Assembly: GCA_965224085.1 (NCBI GenBank)
Contig: CBDCYI010000005.1
Span: 704,001-768,000 of the forward strand
Source: Candidatus Marinacidobacterales bacterium
GTDB taxonomy: Bacteria > Acidobacteriota > Vicinamibacteria > Marinacidobacterales > SMYC01
Length of the DNA: 64,000 bases
Direction: 5' to 3'
Within the stretch, counting starts at the first letter, position 1. Each line of letters begins with the position of its first letter. The translations under genes were made by a program, and so were the position numbers. Positions 51,440-62,585 of this stretch are shown in pieces. The notes beneath the pieces are model-generated. The model ran no database searches and had not been told where the DNA came from. It saw nothing but the letters and a program-made list of their open reading frames with translations.

Positions 51440-52810
51440 ATGAGCGAAGACTACCGAAATCGACGGGTCCTGGTCATCGGGCTCGGCCGGAGTGGTCTCG
51501 CCGCCTGCGCCTTTTTGAGCTCGAAAGGCTCCACGATCGTGGCCAACGATCGACGTCGTCGCGGGGAGCTCGATTCCGATGTAGTTGCGCTCGAGAAGAT
51601 CGGCGTGAAGCTCGTTCTCGGCGCGCATCCTCCCGAGCTCGCAACGGATGTCGACCTGGTCGTTCTCAGCCCGGGAGTTCCGTTGGATTTAGCGGTCCTC
51701 GTCGAAGCGCGGCGGCAATCGATCCCGATATGGGGAGAGCTCGAGCTCGGGTTTCGGGAGGTGTCAGGATCGGTCGTCGCGGTCACGGGCACGAAAGGAA
51801 AATCCACGACCGCAACCTTGTTGCATGCGATGCTTTCGGCTTCAGGACGAGACGTGAGGCTCGCGGGGAATATCGGTGCTCCTCTCACCGCCGAGCTCGA
51901 GACGGCCACCGATGCGACTGTCTTCGTCATCGAAGTCTCGAGCTTTCAGCTTGCGACGATCAGAAGCTTTCGACCGGACGTCGCCGTGCTGCTCGACATA
52001 AGCCCCGACCATCTCGATTGGCATCCGAGCTTTCTAGATTACGTGAAGGCGAAGGCGCGCATTTTCGAGAACCAGCGCGAAGACGACTGGGCCGTCGTCT
52101 TCGGAGGAAATCCGTTGACGGTTGATATGGCGCGAAGAGCGAAGTCCAAGAAGTTGTATTTCGACCTTGATTGTCTCGGTGAAGTCTATCCGCACGTGCA
52201 CAAAGAAGGGCCTTGGATCGTCCGACACGAGAACGGTGAGACGAGAGCTCTCGCTTCGCTAGAAGAGTTCACGGTGCCAGGTGCGCATAACCGCTCGAAC
52301 GCGATGGCCGCCTCGGCGGCAGCGTCGCTGCTCGGGGTCTCGGGCGACGCTCTCGAAGACGCTCTCGAACATTTCGAGGGACTCCCGCATGCGCTCGAGA
52401 AGGTCGGCGAGCTGGGCGGTGTCAGCTTTTACAACGACTCCAAAGCGACCAACATCGAGGCGGTGCGAGCCGCGCTCGAAAGCTTCGATCGGCCGATCGC
52501 GCTGATTCTCGGTGGACGCTTCAAAGGTGGAGATTTTCGCGATCTGCGCGACCTAGTTTCGCGACGCGTCAAGCTCGCCTTCGCCATCGGAGAGAGTCGG
52601 GAGCTCGTGAGAGACGCGCTCGATGAGGTGACCACGGTGCAACTCTGCCAGGACTTGGAATCGGCGGTGCGCGACGCCCACCGCCAAACCGAGGAGGGAG
52701 ACGTCGTGCTGCTCTCACCCGCGAGCTCGAGCTTCGATATGTTTGTCGATTACCGGGAGCGCGGAGAGCGATTCCGCGAGATCGTAAGGGGACTGGTCGC
52801 GGAATCGTGA
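51440..52810 (+). CDS. murD: UDP-MurNAc-L-Ala-D-Glu ligase
   Basis: GLGRSG, GTKGKSTT, EVSSFQL and NDSKATN motifs. Confidence 0.97.
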   Translation: MSEDYRNRRVLVIGLGRSGLAACAFLSSKGSTIVANDRRRRGELDSDVVALEKIGVKLVLGAHPPELATDVDLVVLSPGVPLDLAVLVEARRQSIPIWGELELGFREVSGSVVAVTGTKGKSTTATLLHAMLSASGRDVRLAGNIGAPLTAELETATDATVFVIEVSSFQLATIRSFRPDVAVLLDISPDHLDWHPSFLDYVKAKARIFENQREDDWAVVFGGNPLTVDMARRAKSKKLYFDLDCLGEVYPHVHKEGPWIVRHENGETRALASLEEFTVPGAHNRSNAMAASAAASLLGVSGDALEDALEHFEGLPHALEKVGELGGVSFYNDSKATNIEAVRAALESFDRPIALILGGRFKGGDFRDLRDLVSRRVKLAFAIGESRELVRDALDEVTTVQLCQDLESAVRDAHRQTEEGDVVLLSPASSSFDMFVDYRERGERFREIVRGLVAES

Positions 52811-52865
52811 TGGCGCTCGTTGACGCTAACTGCTGCCGGCTACCGGCTACCTGGCGAGGTTTCCC

Positions 52866-53957
52866 TTGGCTGTAAAGCTTTCGCCGGATCGGACGCTTTT
52901 TGTGGCGACCGTTTGTCTTGTTTCGTTTGGGCTTGTCATGCTTTACAGCGCGTCGGCGGTTGTGGCGCATGATGCGCATCGGAGTTCGCATTTTTTTCTC
53001 GTCAAGCAGTCGGCGTGGGCTTTCGTTGGACTTGTTTTGATGCTCGCGCTGACGCGATTCGACTATCGGAGGCTCAAACATCCGATCGTCATCTACGGTT
53101 TGCTCGCGATAACGGTGGCGCTTCTCGTCGGGGTGCTGTTTGCGCCGCCCCTCAAGAATGCCCATCGCTGGATTCGCGTCGGGCTCCTGTCGTTCCAGCC
53201 GTCGGAGTTCGCGAAGCTCACGCTCGTTGTTGCTCTCGCCTATCAACTCGACCGCCGCTACGAGCGTTTGTCCGAGCTCGCCTCCGGCTGGCTGCCCTCA
53301 CTCATGACCATGGGCTTTCTCGCTTTTCTTGTCTTGATCGAGCCCGATTACAGCACCTCGTTCTGTCTCGTCTTCATCGGAGCGTGTCTTTTCTACGCGG
53401 CCGGGGTTCCTATTCGACAGCTCGCCTGGCTCGCGGTCGGATCGGCGCCCGTGCTTCTCTGGCTCGTGGTGAGCGAGGATTATCGGCGCGAGCGGCTTCT
53501 GATTTTCCTCGACCCGTTTCGCGATCCGCTCGGGAAGGGCTTTCAGATCATCCAATCACTCATTGCGGTGGGCTCTGGCGGGCTTTTCGGAACGGGCTTC
53601 ATGAGAAGCCAGCAGAAGCTCTTCTATCTCCCGGAGCCTCATTCGGATTTTATCTTCGCCGTGATTGGTGAGGAACTCGGCCTCATCGGCGCGCTCGGCG
53701 TCGTCGGCGCGTTTTGCGTGCTTCTCTGGCGTGGTCTCGTCATCGCGGGCCGTGCGACGGATCGATTCGGCTCGCTCGTCGCGACCGGCCTCACGATGCT
53801 TCTAGTCGGGCAAGCGCTCATCAACATGGGCGTGACGCTCGGCATGCTCCCGACGACCGGGCTTCCTCTTCCGTTCATTTCCTCCGGCGGCACTTCACTC
53901 GTGACGAGCATGATCGCCGTCGGGCTTCTCTTGTCGGTGTCTCAGCATGCGCGATGA
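52866..53957 (+). CDS. ftsW: peptidoglycan polymerase FtsW
   Basis: FQPSEFAK, LPEPHSDFIF and LPFISSGG motifs. Confidence 0.96.
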   Translation: MAVKLSPDRTLFVATVCLVSFGLVMLYSASAVVAHDAHRSSHFFLVKQSAWAFVGLVLMLALTRFDYRRLKHPIVIYGLLAITVALLVGVLFAPPLKNAHRWIRVGLLSFQPSEFAKLTLVVALAYQLDRRYERLSELASGWLPSLMTMGFLAFLVLIEPDYSTSFCLVFIGACLFYAAGVPIRQLAWLAVGSAPVLLWLVVSEDYRRERLLIFLDPFRDPLGKGFQIIQSLIAVGSGGLFGTGFMRSQQKLFYLPEPHSDFIFAVIGEELGLIGALGVVGAFCVLLWRGLVIAGRATDRFGSLVATGLTMLLVGQALINMGVTLGMLPTTGLPLPFISSGGTSLVTSMIAVGLLLSVSQHAR

Positions 53958-55041
53958 GCATTTGGTCGTCGCGGCAGGAGGCACCGGTGGCCATCTCTAT
54001 CCGGCCCTCGCGGTCGCGGAGCGCTTTCGCGACTTGCTCGAAGGCGCCCGCGTCACGTTCATCGGCACCGAACGAGGGCTCGAATCGCGGATCGTACCGA
54101 AGGCGGGATTTCCGCTCGAATATGTGCGCGCACAGCCGCTCCGTGGCGGCTCTCTTTTGAAAAAGATGAAGGGAGTCCTCGCCGTTTTACCGGGAATGAT
54201 CGACGCGAGACGGATCTTGAAGAAGCTGCGGCCGAGCGTCGTCATGGGCCTCGGCGCTTATGTCTCGGGAACCGTGCTCTTCACGGCGGCGCTTCGCGGG
54301 ATTCCTACGTTAATCCTTGAGCCGAATGCCGAGCCCGGGCTCGCGAATAAGTGGCTCGGCCCGTTCATCGACGAAGCGGCGCTCGCGTGGGAGCAAACGT
54401 CCCGCTACTTCGGCGCGAAGGCTGTCGTCACCGGAAACCCCGTGCGGCAAGCGATCGTCGACGTCCCGCCGCTCACCGAACAAGCACAAGGGCCGGTTAT
54501 GCGCGTGCTTCTTTTTGGCGGTAGCCAAGGCTCGTCGATATTGAATCGCGCCATGACCGACAGCTTGCCGCTTCTCGCGGACGTTTCCGAGCGGCTGCAA
54601 ATTCTTCACCAGACGGGATCGAGCGATTTCGAGCGCGTGCAAAGAGCCTATGACGAGAGTTCGGTGAATGGACGTGTGATTCCCTATATCGACGCGATGG
54701 ACGAAGCTTATGCCGGGAGTAATCTCGTTGTCTCCCGCGCGGGCGCGACGACTTGCGCTGAGCTCGCGGCCTCTGGTCGTCCCGCGTTGCTCGTGCCGCT
54801 GCCTCTCGCCGGCGACCATCAAGAGGCGAATGCGAACTTGCTCGAGCATGCCGGCGCTGCGCACAGCATCCGGCAAAGCGAGCTCACGCCGGAGAGGCTG
54901 GCGCAAGAGCTCGTGAGCCTTCTGGGTGCTCCGGAAAAGCGCCTCGTGATGGCGGCCGCGGCGCGGGCGCTAGCGAGGCCGGACGCCGGCAAGAAAGTCG
55001 CCGAGCGGCTTGTCGCTCTTTCCGAAGGAGCGGCGTCGTGA
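53947..55041 (+). CDS. murG: MurG glycosyltransferase
   Basis: GGTGGH, GNPVR, GGSQG and RAGATT motifs. Confidence 0.97.
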   Translation: MRDEHLVVAAGGTGGHLYPALAVAERFRDLLEGARVTFIGTERGLESRIVPKAGFPLEYVRAQPLRGGSLLKKMKGVLAVLPGMIDARRILKKLRPSVVMGLGAYVSGTVLFTAALRGIPTLILEPNAEPGLANKWLGPFIDEAALAWEQTSRYFGAKAVVTGNPVRQAIVDVPPLTEQAQGPVMRVLLFGGSQGSSILNRAMTDSLPLLADVSERLQILHQTGSSDFERVQRAYDESSVNGRVIPYIDAMDEAYAGSNLVVSRAGATTCAELAASGRPALLVPLPLAGDHQEANANLLEHAGAAHSIRQSELTPERLAQELVSLLGAPEKRLVMAAAARALARPDAGKKVAERLVALSEGAAS

Positions 55042-56423
55042 GCGCTCTTTTCTCGAAAAAGACGCGGGTTCACTTCGTGGGCATCGGTGGGATCGGCATG
55101 AGCGGTATTGCCGAAGTGCTTCTGAACCTCGGCTATACCGTGAGCGGTAGTGATCTGAAGACCACGACGTTGACCGAGCGGCTCGCGAAGCTCGGAGCGA
55201 AAGTGGATGCCGGTCACCGTGTCGAGCACGTGCAAGATGTTGACGTCGTCGTCGTTTCCTCTGCGGTGCGTGACGACAACCCTGAAGTAGTGGAAGCGAA
55301 CAGGCGGCAAGTACCGCTCATTCCTCGGGCGGAAATGCTTGCGGAGCTCATGCGGCTCAAATACGGTATCGCGGTCGCGGGCTCGCACGGGAAGACGACG
55401 ACCACGTCGATGATTGCCGTACTTCTCGACGACGCGGGCCTCGACCCGACGATGGTCATCGGCGGGCGCATCGCGGCGCTCGGCGGGAACGCGAAACTCG
55501 GGGGCTCCGATCTCATGGTGGTCGAGGCGGACGAATCGGACCGGAGCTTCCTGCAATTGTCTCCCGTTCTTGCCATCGTCACCGGGATCGACTACGAGCA
55601 CATGGAAGCCTATCGGGACATGGACGATCTCGAGACCGCTTTTGTCGACTTCGTGAACAAAGTGCCTTTTTACGGCACGTCCATTCTCTGCCTCGACGAA
55701 GAGCGGGTACAGGACATCTTGCCAAGAATCCGCCGCCGTCACGTGACCTATGGATTTTCTTCTCAGGCCGATATCTCGGCACAAGACGTGCGACTCGAAG
55801 GCGCGGGCTCGCGTTTCGAGCTGAGGCTCTCCGGCGAGTCCGTCGGTGAAGTGCGCCTTCTGATTCCGGGACGCGTGAGTGTCCTGAACAGTCTGGCCGC
55901 GATCGGCGTCGGTCTCGAGCTCGGCCTCGAGCTCGACCAAATCCGCTCCGGTCTCGAGTCTTTTTCGGGCGTGGACCGTCGTTTTCAAGTGAAGGTTGAC
56001 GCGGCGGGGATTATCGTCGTCGATGATTACGGGCATCATCCCACGGAGATTCGCGCGACGCTCGCGACGGCAAAGGACGCCTTCGCGCGGCGCACCGTCG
56101 TCATCTTTCAGCCTCACCGCTATTCGCGTGTCGAGGCTCTCTTCGAGGAGTTTTGCCGAGCTTTTCATCAGGCGGACTTACTCGTCGTCACGGATATCTA
56201 TCCGGCGGGGGAGGAGCCTCGGCCGGGCGTGAGCGGTGAGCAGCTTGCGGAAGGAATCAAGAAGCACGGGCACCGGCACGTGCGCTTCGTTTCCGAGATC
56301 GACGATGTGCCGGAGGCGCTCCGCGACACGCTCGAGGAGGGCGATCTCGTCTTGACGCTCGGAGCGGGAAGTGTGACGACGGTCTCGGACAAGCTTGCGG
56401 AGGTTGTGCGTGAGCGGCCCTGA
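55038..56423 (+). CDS. murC: UDP-MurNAc-L-Ala ligase
   Basis: [23 protein letters not shown] and DDYGHHPTE motifs. Confidence 0.98.
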   Translation: MSALFSKKTRVHFVGIGGIGMSGIAEVLLNLGYTVSGSDLKTTTLTERLAKLGAKVDAGHRVEHVQDVDVVVVSSAVRDDNPEVVEANRRQVPLIPRAEMLAELMRLKYGIAVAGSHGKTTTTSMIAVLLDDAGLDPTMVIGGRIAALGGNAKLGGSDLMVVEADESDRSFLQLSPVLAIVTGIDYEHMEAYRDMDDLETAFVDFVNKVPFYGTSILCLDEERVQDILPRIRRRHVTYGFSSQADISAQDVRLEGAGSRFELRLSGESVGEVRLLIPGRVSVLNSLAAIGVGLELGLELDQIRSGLESFSGVDRRFQVKVDAAGIIVVDDYGHHPTEIRATLATAKDAFARRTVVIFQPHRYSRVEALFEEFCRAFHQADLLVVTDIYPAGEEPRPGVSGEQLAEGIKKHGHRHVRFVSEIDDVPEALRDTLEEGDLVLTLGAGSVTTVSDKLAEVVRERP

Positions 56424-57354
56424 TATATCTGACACGCCTGTCACGCCTGACAGAATTTCCGCGATCACGCGGGAACTCGAAAAACGGGAGATCCCTTTCT
56501 TCCGTGAAGAAAAGCTGGCGCGCTATACCACCATCCGGATCGGCGGGCCCGCTGAGCTATTCGTTCGTCCCCGCACGGTGGAGGAGTTGAGCGCGGTCAT
56601 CGACTTAGCGCAGTCGGAGGCCGTGCCCGTACGTGTTCTCGGCGCGGGTAGCAACGTGCTCGTGAGTGACGAAGGGGTCCGCGGCATCGTGCTGCACACG
56701 CGAGCGCTCGACGAGGTTCGCTTCGAGGAAGGTGGCGTGGTGCAAGCCGGGGCCGGCGTGCATTTTCCGACGCTTGTGCGCAAAGCCACCGCCAAAGGCT
56801 TGCGTGGGCTCGAAGCTGGGGTGGGCATACCAGGCTCGCTCGGCGGTGTCTTGACGATGAATGCCGGGGCCTATCAATTCTCGATTGGGCCCCTCGTCGA
56901 AGAGGTTGACGTTATCGCTGTTTCACCCAGTCGGGGACTTTTGACGCTCGCCGGGGACGCGATCGATTTTCGCTACCGCGCATCGTCCTTCGGCCGAGAC
57001 TTGATCGTCGCGCGTTCGCGGCTCGTGCTGGCCGAGGACGATCCGCGGGCCGTCCGCACCGACATGGATCAGCACATGCGCTTCCGCAAGGAGACGCAGC
57101 CCGTCGGTGTCAAGAGCTCTGGATGCATTTTCAAGAACCCGGAAGGCGGCTCGGCGGGAAAGCTCCTCGACGAGCTCGGGCTCAAAGGATTCCGCCTCGG
57201 GAAAGCGCGCATCTCGGACGTGCATGCGAACTTCATCGTGCATGACGGCGTGGCCCAAGCGTCGGAGATTCTCGATCTTATCGATGTCGTAAGAACACGT
57301 GTCCGAAAAGAGATGTCGATCGAGCTTGAGCGGGAGATCATGACGTGGAACTGA
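56410..57354 (+). CDS. murB: UDP-N-acetylenolpyruvoylglucosamine reductase
   Basis: IGGPA, GSN, GIPGS..G...MNAGA, GCIFKNP and HANF motifs; SD GGAGGT before GTG 56410. Confidence 0.96.
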   Translation: MSGPDISDTPVTPDRISAITRELEKREIPFFREEKLARYTTIRIGGPAELFVRPRTVEELSAVIDLAQSEAVPVRVLGAGSNVLVSDEGVRGIVLHTRALDEVRFEEGGVVQAGAGVHFPTLVRKATAKGLRGLEAGVGIPGSLGGVLTMNAGAYQFSIGPLVEEVDVIAVSPSRGLLTLAGDAIDFRYRASSFGRDLIVARSRLVLAEDDPRAVRTDMDQHMRFRKETQPVGVKSSGCIFKNPEGGSAGKLLDELGLKGFRLGKARISDVHANFIVHDGVAQASEILDLIDVVRTRVRKEMSIELEREIMTWN

Positions 57355-58220
57355 AAAAGACGTCGACCCCGCGCGAGCGCTTTCTCCGCGGCAAGATGCA
57401 ACGTGTCCGGCCGGGTCGGCGGGTCGGCGGCGTGCTCCGTTGGTTCGGTTTGCTCGCGGCGCTTACCGGGCTCGCCGCCGTTTTCGTCTGGACGGTGGCG
57501 ACCGCGGGACAGGCACCGGAGCTCGCAGTGGCCCGTGTGCTCGTGGAAGGCAACGAGCAGCTTTCGGATGGCGAGATCCTGGAGCTGCTCGAGTTCTCCG
57601 AAGGTGCCAATATTCTGACGCTCGATCTCGAAGTCGTACGAGAGAGACTTCTACGTTCTGCTTGGGTGCGCGATGTCGAGCTCGAGCGGGTATTGCCGCG
57701 CACGCTGACGCTAAGGATCGCGGAGCGCTCACCGGTCGCGATCGCGGTCTTGGGCGAGCTCTATTTGTTGGCTGCGGACGGCACGATGCTCGACGAATTA
57801 GCACCGCATTACGACATCGAGAAGTTCGTGCTGATACGCGGTCTGCGGGATGAGGATGGTGTCGTCCCCGCACGTGCCGCGCTCGCAGGACGAATAGCTG
57901 CGGCGCTAATGGCGCGGGAATCGCTTGCGGCTCTGGTTTCGGAGCTCGACGTCTCCGAGGGCGACGGCTCGGTGACCGTTCGACTTCGGGAGCCGGCGAT
58001 CACGTTCCTCGTGCACAGCGCGACGATGGTCGTGCGCCTCGAGAAGCTTGTCCCGCTCTTGGACGGGTTACAGAAGCGCTACAGGGCGCTCGATGTCGTC
58101 GATTTGAGATTCGATGGCAGGATCTATTTGCGGCTGAGAGACGTCGCAGGAGCCAAAACATTCAAAGGACGCGAGATCTATACCGCGGCCACATTCGTCC
58201 CCGGAGGTGCGTCATTCTGA
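57345..58220 (+). CDS. ftsQ: cell division protein FtsQ
   Basis: TM, POTRA domain and DLRF motif. Confidence 0.9.
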   Translation: MELKKTSTPRERFLRGKMQRVRPGRRVGGVLRWFGLLAALTGLAAVFVWTVATAGQAPELAVARVLVEGNEQLSDGEILELLEFSEGANILTLDLEVVRERLLRSAWVRDVELERVLPRTLTLRIAERSPVAIAVLGELYLLAADGTMLDELAPHYDIEKFVLIRGLRDEDGVVPARAALAGRIAAALMARESLAALVSELDVSEGDGSVTVRLREPAITFLVHSATMVVRLEKLVPLLDGLQKRYRALDVVDLRFDGRIYLRLRDVAGAKTFKGREIYTAATFVPGGASF

Positions 58221-59461
58221 GCAAAAGAGACAAATACATCGTAGGCCTTGACATCGGCACGACGAAGGTCACGGCTATCGTCGCCGAATTTGCGGAAGCA
58301 GGGCGCATCGATATCATCGGTATCGGCTCCACCGGGTCCAAGGGACTGCGCAAAGGAATGGTGATAAACCTCGAGCAGACTGTGGATTCCATCAAGCGGG
58401 TGGTGGACGAGGCCGAGCTCATGGCCGGTGTCGAGATCGAGCACGCGCATGTGGGCCTGGCGGGCAGTCACATCAAAGGATTCAACAGCCGAGCGGTGGT
58501 CGCGATAACGAACGAGAATCGAGAGATCACCCGGGAAGACGTCTTTCGTGCCATCGACGCTGCGAAAGCGATTTCTCTTCCTAACGATCGCGAAATCGTT
58601 CACGTGCTCCCACAGGAATTCGTGGTCGACGGCCATGACGGTATCAATGATCCAACGGGGATGACGGGATCGCGTCTCGAGGCGAACGTCCACATCATCA
58701 CGTCCGGGGCGACGGCGACTCAGAATATCGTGACTTGCGTTAACCGCGCCGGGATGGAGGTCACGGAGACCGTCCTCGAGCAGCTCGCGGCTGCGGAAGC
58801 GGTACTGACGCCGGACGAGAAGGAGCTGGGGGTGGCGCTCGTCGACATTGGCGGCGGCACGACGGATCTCGCGATCTTCGACAAAGGCACGATTTGGCAC
58901 ACATCGGTTCTCCCGACGGGCGGCGACCACTTCACAAACGATGTCGCCGTGGGTCTGAGGACGCCCATCGCCGAGGCCGAGAAGATCAAGAGGAAATACG
59001 GGTGCTGTCTCTCCACGATGGTCTCGGACGAGGACACGATCGAAGTGCCGAGCGTCGGCGGGCGCAAAGCCCGCATTCTCGGGCGGCAGCTTCTCTCCGA
59101 CATCCTGCAGCCGCGGGCGGAGGAAGTTTGCCACCTCGTCTACGAAGAAATCCGACGTGCGGGATATGAGCGTGTCTTGAACTCGGGCATCGTTTTCACG
59201 GGAGGGAGCGCGGCCCTCGAGGGTCTCGCCGAAGTCGCCGATCGTATTTTCGACATGCCGATCCGCTGCGGCACGCCGAGCGGTGTTGGAGGCCTCGTCG
59301 ATGTCGTGGCCAATCCGTCCTACGCCACCGCGGTAGGGCTTGTCCTCTACGCGCACCATATCCGGAGCAACAAGCTGATCCCGTCGAGCACTTCGGGTCC
59401 GTGGTGGAAATTTTGGGAACGGTTTCGCCGTCTGGTGAATGTTTCCATTTCAGGAGGTTGA
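58217..59461 (+). CDS. ftsA: cell division protein FtsA (probable CTG start)
   Basis: In-frame VGLDIGTTK lies upstream of the first ATG; VDIGGGTT and FTGG motifs. Confidence 0.95.
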   Translation: MSKRDKYIVGLDIGTTKVTAIVAEFAEAGRIDIIGIGSTGSKGLRKGMVINLEQTVDSIKRVVDEAELMAGVEIEHAHVGLAGSHIKGFNSRAVVAITNENREITREDVFRAIDAAKAISLPNDREIVHVLPQEFVVDGHDGINDPTGMTGSRLEANVHIITSGATATQNIVTCVNRAGMEVTETVLEQLAAAEAVLTPDEKELGVALVDIGGGTTDLAIFDKGTIWHTSVLPTGGDHFTNDVAVGLRTPIAEAEKIKRKYGCCLSTMVSDEDTIEVPSVGGRKARILGRQLLSDILQPRAEEVCHLVYEEIRRAGYERVLNSGIVFTGGSAALEGLAEVADRIFDMPIRCGTPSGVGGLVDVVANPSYATAVGLVLYAHHIRSNKLIPSSTSGPWWKFWERFRRLVNVSISGG

Positions 59462-59491
59462 AGCAGTGACAGAGCAAGGGAGGGTACAGGG

Positions 59492-60679
59492 ATGATTCGT
59501 TTCGAAGACGACAACCCCGCTTCGAGGGTGTCTTTCGATGACGGCACCGAGACCAAAGCCCGCATCAAAGTCATCGGGGTCGGAGGCGGCGGGAGCAACG
59601 CCGTGAATCGAATGATCGCATCCAGAATTGCGGGCGTCGAGTTTCTGGCGGCGAACACCGATCAGCAATCGCTTTCGGCGAGCCATGCGCCCGACAAGAT
59701 CACGCTCGGTGCGAAGCTCACCAAAGGACTCGGCTGCGGTGCGGATCCGGAGATCGGCCAGCAGGCCGCGCTCGAGGATACCGAGAAAATTCTCGAATCC
59801 ATTGAGGGCGCGGATATGGTGTTCATCACCGCGGGACTCGGCGGCGGAACGGGCACGGGGGGGGCTCCGATCGTGGCCTCTCTCGCAACCGAGCTCGGGG
59901 CGCTCACGGTGGCCGTTGTCACCAAGCCCTTCACCTTCGAGGGGCGCCGCCGGCAGCAGCAAGCGGAAGAAGGTGCGCGTGAGCTACGGGATCAGGTCGA
60001 TACGCTCATTTCGATCCCGAACGATCGTTTGCTGCAGACGGTCGAGCGCACAACATCGCTCTCGGAAGCGTTCAGCACCGCGGACGATGTGCTACGTCAA
60101 GCTGTTCAAGGTATTTCCGATCTGATCACGGTGCCGGGTCTCATCAATCTGGACTTCGCCGATGTGCGCACCATCATGCGCGGTATGGGCGATGCCGTGA
60201 TGGGGACGGGTATCGCGGAAGGCGAGAAGCGTGCGGAAGATGCCGCCAAGATGGCCATCAGCAGCCCGCTCCTCGAGGACGCTTCGGTCGACGGAGCGAA
60301 GGGCGTCATCATCAACATCACCGGAGGCGAAGATATGGGCCTTCTCGAAGTGAACGATGCATCTTCGATTATCTACGAAGCGGCTGACGTCGAGGCGAAC
60401 ATCATCTTCGGTGCTGTCGTCGATCCAAAGATGACGGGCAAGATGAAGGTAACCGTCATCGCGACAGGCTTCAACCGTTTCGAAGGTAGCGGTCGGCGCC
60501 AGACGGTGACGCCGGTCGATATCCAAAACTACAAGCCGCCGAAGGAAATGGCCGCGGGAAGCGAGGAGTTCTATCGGAAAGGCGAGGACAACCTCGCTGC
60601 CGACCTCGATTTCGACACCGTCGAGACGGAGAATGGAGAAGACCTCGACGTCCCGACTTTTCTGAGAAGGAAAACTTAA
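59492..60679 (+). CDS. ftsZ: cell division protein FtsZ
   Basis: GGGTGTG, NLDFAD and the C-terminal LDVPTFLR. Confidence 0.99.
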   Translation: MIRFEDDNPASRVSFDDGTETKARIKVIGVGGGGSNAVNRMIASRIAGVEFLAANTDQQSLSASHAPDKITLGAKLTKGLGCGADPEIGQQAALEDTEKILESIEGADMVFITAGLGGGTGTGGAPIVASLATELGALTVAVVTKPFTFEGRRRQQQAEEGARELRDQVDTLISIPNDRLLQTVERTTSLSEAFSTADDVLRQAVQGISDLITVPGLINLDFADVRTIMRGMGDAVMGTGIAEGEKRAEDAAKMAISSPLLEDASVDGAKGVIINITGGEDMGLLEVNDASSIIYEAADVEANIIFGAVVDPKMTGKMKVTVIATGFNRFEGSGRRQTVTPVDIQNYKPPKEMAAGSEEFYRKGEDNLAADLDFDTVETENGEDLDVPTFLRRKT

Positions 60680-60707
60680 TCACCCATCAGCTATCGGCTT
60701 TCAGTTG

Positions 60708-60755
60708 CGGTCGGTCGGGATCCACCCTCCCCCCCTCTCGACCGACCGTCTCTTT
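60708..60755 (+). terminator. GC hairpin with C-rich loop and U-rich tail after ftsZ
   Basis: cggtcggtcggga / tctcgaccgaccg stem followed by tctcttt. Confidence 0.7.
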
Positions 60756-60788
60756 CGGCAGAGCGTTCTCCTCCTCGAAATCTTTTAG

Positions 60789-61470
60789 ATGAATGACCAA
60801 CCGCGAGCGGGCGAGCGAAGATGGAGGCGCTTCGTCGAGCGCGTCCAAGGCGGCGAGAGCCTGCCTTTTTCAGAACATTGGAGAACGTTCAAAGGCGCTT
60901 ATCGTGATTGGCCAGCTGACGATGGGCCGCCTCCCGCATGGTGGCCGAGTGCGGCGACCCTGGAACGTTCGAACCTATCGTCTTTTGCGGCCGAGATGGG
61001 TCTCGACGATTACGAAGCGCTCCATCGCTATACCCTCGAACATCGAGGGGAGTTTTGGGAGCGGGTCGTCGCCCGGCTCGGAATTCTCTTTGAGAAAAAC
61101 GCGGACATGGTCCTCGACCTTTCGGACGACCCCGAGCATCCTCGTTGGTTTGCGGGCGCGACGCTCGAGATCACGCGGAGTTGCTTCCAAGCTCCGGGAG
61201 AGATTTCCGCGATCGTCTACGGGCGTGAGGAGGACGGAGCCGTCGAGCGTTTCAGCTACCAGGAGCTCGAAGATCGTGTGAACCAGTTTGCCCACGGACT
61301 CGCCGAGCGCGGGCTCGAGCCCGGCGACAGCGTGGCCCTCTACATGCCGATGACACCGGAATGCGTGGTTGCCTATCTCGGCACGGTCAGGTCGGGCTGC
61401 CGCGTCGTTTCGATCGCGGATAGTTTCTCGTCCGAGGAGCTCGCGAGCCGAATGGATATCGCCGCTGCCC
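60789..61470 (+). pseudogene. acyl-CoA synthetase (acetate-CoA ligase-like) N-terminal part, truncated by IS5
   Basis: YEALH...FW, WFAGA.L, GDSVALYMPM and SIADSFS motifs; the AMP-binding loop is absent. Confidence 0.85.
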
Positions 61471-62557
61471 TGCCTTGGTGCACAACTCCGATAGAGGCCG
61501 ATAGCTCGCTTGGCCCCGACTCCCATCATCCGATCATCTCGCTATCAGGCATCCCGAGCGCCGTCATGGTGTTGAGAATCTTGCACCCGATCCTTGCCTC
61601 GACTCTCTGTGCCGCCAACCCTCTCGCTCGCATCGCTGAGCCCACGATAGCCTTGTAGCGATGGAACGTTGTCTCGACTTTGCTCCGTTTGCTGTAGCCC
61701 GATTCTGTGTGCCACTTTCGTTTGCCGAGCCGAGCTTGTGCTGCAATGTTGCGATTGCGCTGTCGGCTGCTCGCCGGCCCCGATGCGAGCAGGGCGCCCT
61801 TGCGCGGCGGTATCAGCACCCTCGGCGAGCGATGAGCGCTGTGATTCTCGATTGCCTCATAGACGCCGCTGGCGTCGTATGCGGTGTCAGCTCTGGCCGA
61901 TGAGATGGGACTGTCGCTCTGTCTGACAAGCGATGCAACCCGCGATGAATCGCGGGCTCTTTTGCTCGTCAGCTCGCCGGCGACGACTTCGCCACTCTGC
62001 TCGTCGACACACAGATGGAGCTTGCGATAGTCCCTGCTATTTGGTGCTCTGCGCAGCTGGCCGGCGTGGACAGCGAGACCGCTGCTGTCGATCAAGATGT
62101 GCAACGGCGTCTTCTGCTTGTCTTGGTAGAAGGGGACCTTACCCAGCTTCGCCTTGCGCCTCGAGATCGTGGTGTGATCGGGCACATCATTGTCTAGCTT
62201 CATCAGAGCGAACAACGACCGCAGCAATCCCTCGCTCTGTCTAGATGACAGATGAAACACCATGCCCAGGGTGACAGCCGTCTCGATGGCGTGGTTCGAG
62301 TACTTGCGTTGACGGCCCGGTTTCCTCCTCCTCGGCCGGGGCGCGTCCCAGTTCACAAGCTTGCCGGCGGTGAGCGAGATCCAGACGGTCAGGCTCCCAC
62401 GGTTGCGTAGACCCGCCTCATATTCACGCCAATTCCTCACGCGATAGGCCTTCTTCACATACTTCCGCTGAGTGCGTTTGAAAATGCTCATGGGGAACCT
62501 CGAATCCGTGAGTAAAGGACAATTGTGGACCGAGATCGCGAGTTGTGCACCAAGGCA
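61471..62557 (-). mobile_element. IS5-family element copy 2 (1087 bp)
   Basis: Same TIRs as 14815-15901, in inverted orientation. Confidence 0.95.
61526..62491 (-). CDS. IS5-family transposase
   Basis: 321 aa; five amino-acid differences from copy 1. Confidence 0.95.
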   Translation of the reverse strand: MSIFKRTQRKYVKKAYRVRNWREYEAGLRNRGSLTVWISLTAGKLVNWDAPRPRRRKPGRQRKYSNHAIETAVTLGMVFHLSSRQSEGLLRSLFALMKLDNDVPDHTTISRRKAKLGKVPFYQDKQKTPLHILIDSSGLAVHAGQLRRAPNSRDYRKLHLCVDEQSGEVVAGELTSKRARDSSRVASLVRQSDSPISSARADTAYDASGVYEAIENHSAHRSPRVLIPPRKGALLASGPASSRQRNRNIAAQARLGKRKWHTESGYSKRSKVETTFHRYKAIVGSAMRARGLAAQRVEARIGCKILNTMTALGMPDSEMIG

Positions 62558-62585
62558 GGCAGCCGATAGCAAACCCGAATACGAG

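Noticed and set aside
49744-52125. 793-aa ORF overlapping murF/mraY/murD, and other long shadow ORFs (e.g. 54819-56168, 18671-19795)
   Set aside because: Alternative-frame or antisense ORFs of real genes in GC-rich DNA; Arg-rich with no motifs.
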